From contig JANLRG010000511.1 in the NCBI GenBank assembly GCA_031361545.1, positions 91 through 64,090 of the forward strand: DNA of 64,000 bases, given 5' to 3'. A program made the position numbers and the translations under genes. The stretch is from Bacteroidota bacterium. Lineage in GTDB: Bacteria > Bacteroidota > Bacteroidia > AKYH767-A > 2013-40CM-41-45. Positions 62,118-64,000 of this stretch are shown piece after piece; position 1 is the stretch's first letter; every line of letters starts with the position of its first letter. The notes under the pieces are model-generated. The model did not search any database. It was not told the origin of the DNA and worked only from the letters and a program-made list of their open reading frames with translations.

Positions 62118-62681
62118 CTATTTTATTGGTTTTTTTACGATTATCATTTCTCCGCTCATGTCCATCATTTCCCCTTCTTTCATCATCTTGGATGAGCCAT
62201 CTTTCATTATACATTTTCCATTGGTCATACATTTTGTTCCATTGCTCATAATAATATCGTTCTCCATTAGCATTTTTCGTCCATCTTTCATTATCATCAT
62301 TTTCCCGCCCATCATCATTATATGATCAGCTTTCATTTGATTTTGCATAGGTGGTTCTGACATATTATTTTGATCGTTGATAGTTGGTTGGGTATGATTT
62401 TGGTTTATGTTGTTATCTTCACTTTTGTTAAAAGATGAATCATTTTTCATCATGCCGTTATTGTTTATAGGATCATACTGGATCCGATTGGTGTCTTGTG
62501 GATTTTTATTTTGTTGATCATTCTTGTTTTGATAAATTTGGTTTTGATTATCCGTTCTTTGTTGCGGAGCCAATTGCTTGTTATTGTTTTGCTGAGGATT
62601 AGATTCCTGTGCATTTACGGAGTTAGCTAAAACTGTTATTAAAATCAGGGTGAAGTGGAGTATAATTTTATTTCTTTTCAT
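62118..62681 (-). CDS. secreted Q/N-rich low-complexity protein with Met-rich C-terminal MxKDG-type repeats
   Basis: Signal peptide. About 110 aa of Q/N-rich sequence. Then IMMMGGKMMIMKDGRKMLMENDIIMSNGTKCMTNGKCIMKDGSSKMMKEGEMMDMSGEMIIV. Confidence 0.5.
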   Translation of the reverse strand: MKRNKIILHFTLILITVLANSVNAQESNPQQNNNKQLAPQQRTDNQNQIYQNKNDQQNKNPQDTNRIQYDPINNNGMMKNDSSFNKSEDNNINQNHTQPTINDQNNMSEPPMQNQMKADHIMMMGGKMMIMKDGRKMLMENDIIMSNGTKCMTNGKCIMKDGSSKMMKEGEMMDMSGEMIIVKKPIK

Positions 62682-62888
62682 GTTATTTAAAATTTAAATT
62701 ATTTATTTTATATAGAAGATAGCAGAAGTTGTAAAAATTGAATCTTGTTTGTGTGTTAATTTCTTATTGGTAATTATTTTAAGTTAGGAAGTAAAAAAAC
62801 AAAGAGTTGAATCAATTTAATTTCAGTTTTTAGAATGTTTGGTTTTTTTTAATGATGATTAATATATATGATCTTTGAATATAATTTT

Positions 62889-63218
62889 TTAGATAATATT
62901 TAGAATTGTTTTTGCTGGAGAAACGCTACTCAATTCTAATTGCCGTTTTGTAAAGTTGTGCGTATACCTTTGCAGATACGGATAAAGCGAGTAAGTTATT
63001 TTGGAAAGAATTTGTTTCTCTTTCAGTTGTAGAAATGCCTCTTTGAAGATGTCTTCTGCAATTATTTTATCTTCCGTTAAATTGGAGATGATATCAAACA
63101 TTGCTGGTGCATATTTATCATACACATATCCCCAAGCGTCCAAGTTGTTATCAGAAATCATGGAAAGGATATTTTGGTCTGATATAATTTGAGTTGGATA
63201 CTTCATAATTTGCTTCAC
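62889..63218 (-). CDS. sigma-70 region 2-like protein (short; no recognisable region 4)
   Basis: ILSMISDNNLDAWGYVYDKYAPAMFDIISNLTEDKIIAEDIFKEAFLQLKEK resembles ECF sigma region 2.1-2.2. The ORF is only 109 aa. Confidence 0.4.
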   Translation of the reverse strand: MKQIMKYPTQIISDQNILSMISDNNLDAWGYVYDKYAPAMFDIISNLTEDKIIAEDIFKEAFLQLKEKQILSKITYSLYPYLQRYTHNFTKRQLELSSVSPAKTILNII

Positions 63219-63331
63219 TAAGATGTGTACTGCAAAGTTGGAAATCTTTAAAAAGGTAAGCGTTATAGAACTTTCGAAAAATGTTACATTAATATTGACT
63301 GTAGTCTAAAGAAGAATCAAAAATTTCCAGT

Positions 63332-63691
63332 TCAGTTTTTGAATATAGTTGTAAGCACTAATTTCAATCGTAAGCATTCGACCAACCTAAAGTGCAAAAC
63401 CATTTTCATCATCCGTCTTTGTAGCGAAAAAAATATCGCTTTGAAATCTGTAAACAACTTAGAAAAAAAATGGCGGACATGTGAGGAGAAACACGAAATG
63501 ATTCCGTTAGTCTCAAGAAAATTCATGTACCGCTGTTTCAAAATAATGTTTACTGCGCCAGAACTAAAGTCCAAATCAGTAGCTCCAAAATTTCCTGCAC
63601 AACATGAATATCCAAATACCCATCTGTTATCAATTCCCTGACCAGAAATTTCACCGTACAAAATGAAAAACAAGAATATTATTTTCTTCAT
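63332..63691 (-). CDS. hypothetical secreted protein, possibly a degraded fragment
   Basis: Signal peptide, then a GIDNRWVFGY ... GATDLDF motif. The C-terminal half reads like out-of-frame sequence. Confidence 0.25.
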   Translation of the reverse strand: MKKIIFLFFILYGEISGQGIDNRWVFGYSCCAGNFGATDLDFSSGAVNIILKQRYMNFLETNGIISCFSSHVRHFFSKLFTDFKAIFFSLQRRMMKMVLHFRLVECLRLKLVLTTIFKN

Positions 63692-63738
63692 CTATTTATT
63701 TTGTCGAAATAATTTCAATATAGCTTCTCACATTTGAA

Positions 63739-64000
63739 TTATTGCTTTACAACTTTCATTGTGACCACTTTTTTTGCCGTCCGCATTTGCAAATAATATA
63801 ATCCCGAAGCAAAACCTGTAATATTTATTTGCAAGTATTGCCCGCCATTTATCGAAGTGTATTGCACTGCCTCAATTTGTCCTAATGAATTCACAAGATG
63901 AATTTCAAATACAGGTTCTTGTAGCGATTGATTCACAAACAACACCTCCCGCACCGGGTTCGGGAAAACAGTGAATGCTTCAATTGGAGATTTGATATCT
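63739..64000 (-). CDS. 3' end of a T9SS-sorted protein (C-terminal sorting domain only; gene continues past the window end)
   Basis: Por_Secre_tail-like EPVFEIHLVNSLGQIEAVQYTSINGGQYLQINITGFASGLYYLQMRTAKKVVTMKVVKQ. The reading frame stays open to position 64000. Confidence 0.6.
   Translation of the reverse strand, partial: DIKSPIEAFTVFPNPVREVLFVNQSLQEPVFEIHLVNSLGQIEAVQYTSINGGQYLQINITGFASGLYYLQMRTAKKVVTMKVVKQ

Noticed and set aside
1-64000. tRNA, rRNA, transposase or integrase genes
   Set aside because: Scanning intergenic regions found no GGTTCGAATCC-type T-loops or cloverleaf candidates. No ORF has a DDE transposase, tyrosine or serine recombinase signature. The HNH gene is the only mobile-type protein.

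Overview
This 64 kb window looks like an AT-rich Bacteroidota chromosome, probably Flavobacteriia or Sphingobacteriia. The basis is many Por/T9SS C-terminal sorting domains, a gliding-type (type B) CTD adhesin, a Bacteroidetes-style sdhCAB operon and Bacteroidetes-style signal peptides. Gene content is mostly housekeeping interleaved with secreted or T9SS cargo.

Housekeeping genes called:
- hflX with a membrane cytochrome c
- sdhCAB
- nrdB and nrdA (class Ia RNR)
- PBP1A
- glyQS
- a pth-rplY-prs cluster

Secreted and T9SS cargo:
- a peptide-degradation locus: two amidohydrolases plus an M49 DPP-III
- a secreted M1 aminopeptidase
- a 1250-aa M36 fungalysin-type protease with PA, PKD and T9SS domains
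- an RCC1 propeller
- a 1120-aa PKD adhesin with the gliding-type CTD
- at least eight T9SS substrates in total

Other calls:
- a compact ars operon: arsR, an ArsI/CadI-like VOC protein, LMW-PTP arsC and a MIP channel
- a hybrid GAF-PAS-HK-REC-HPt sensor kinase broken by a single in-frame TAG, followed by a LytTR response regulator
- a free-standing HNH (NUMOD4 + HNH_3) homing-endonuclease-like gene
- a minus-strand cluster of small stress-type proteins: DUF892 fragment, DUF4142, alpha/beta hydrolase, YtxH, an acidic IDP and a Q/N-rich plus Met-rich secreted protein

The most unusual sequence-level feature is a dispersed family of composite intergenic repeats. Family A is degenerate 7-nt tandem units (TCTCAAT, TCCTCAA, TTTTCAA). 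Family B is a motif (TGACCTCTGACTTTTAACCTTATTCCTTA / AAAAGTAA). Six loci are visible. All abut gene 3' ends, several form long inverted arrangements between convergent genes, and one sits inside the sdhA-sdhB junction. This REP/BIME-like behaviour is something I cannot assign to a named element family.

No rRNA, tRNA, CRISPR array, transposase or integrase was recognised. Several ORF-track first residues are TTG or GTG, not ATG. Where a nearby in-frame ATG fits the protein family better, I moved the start.
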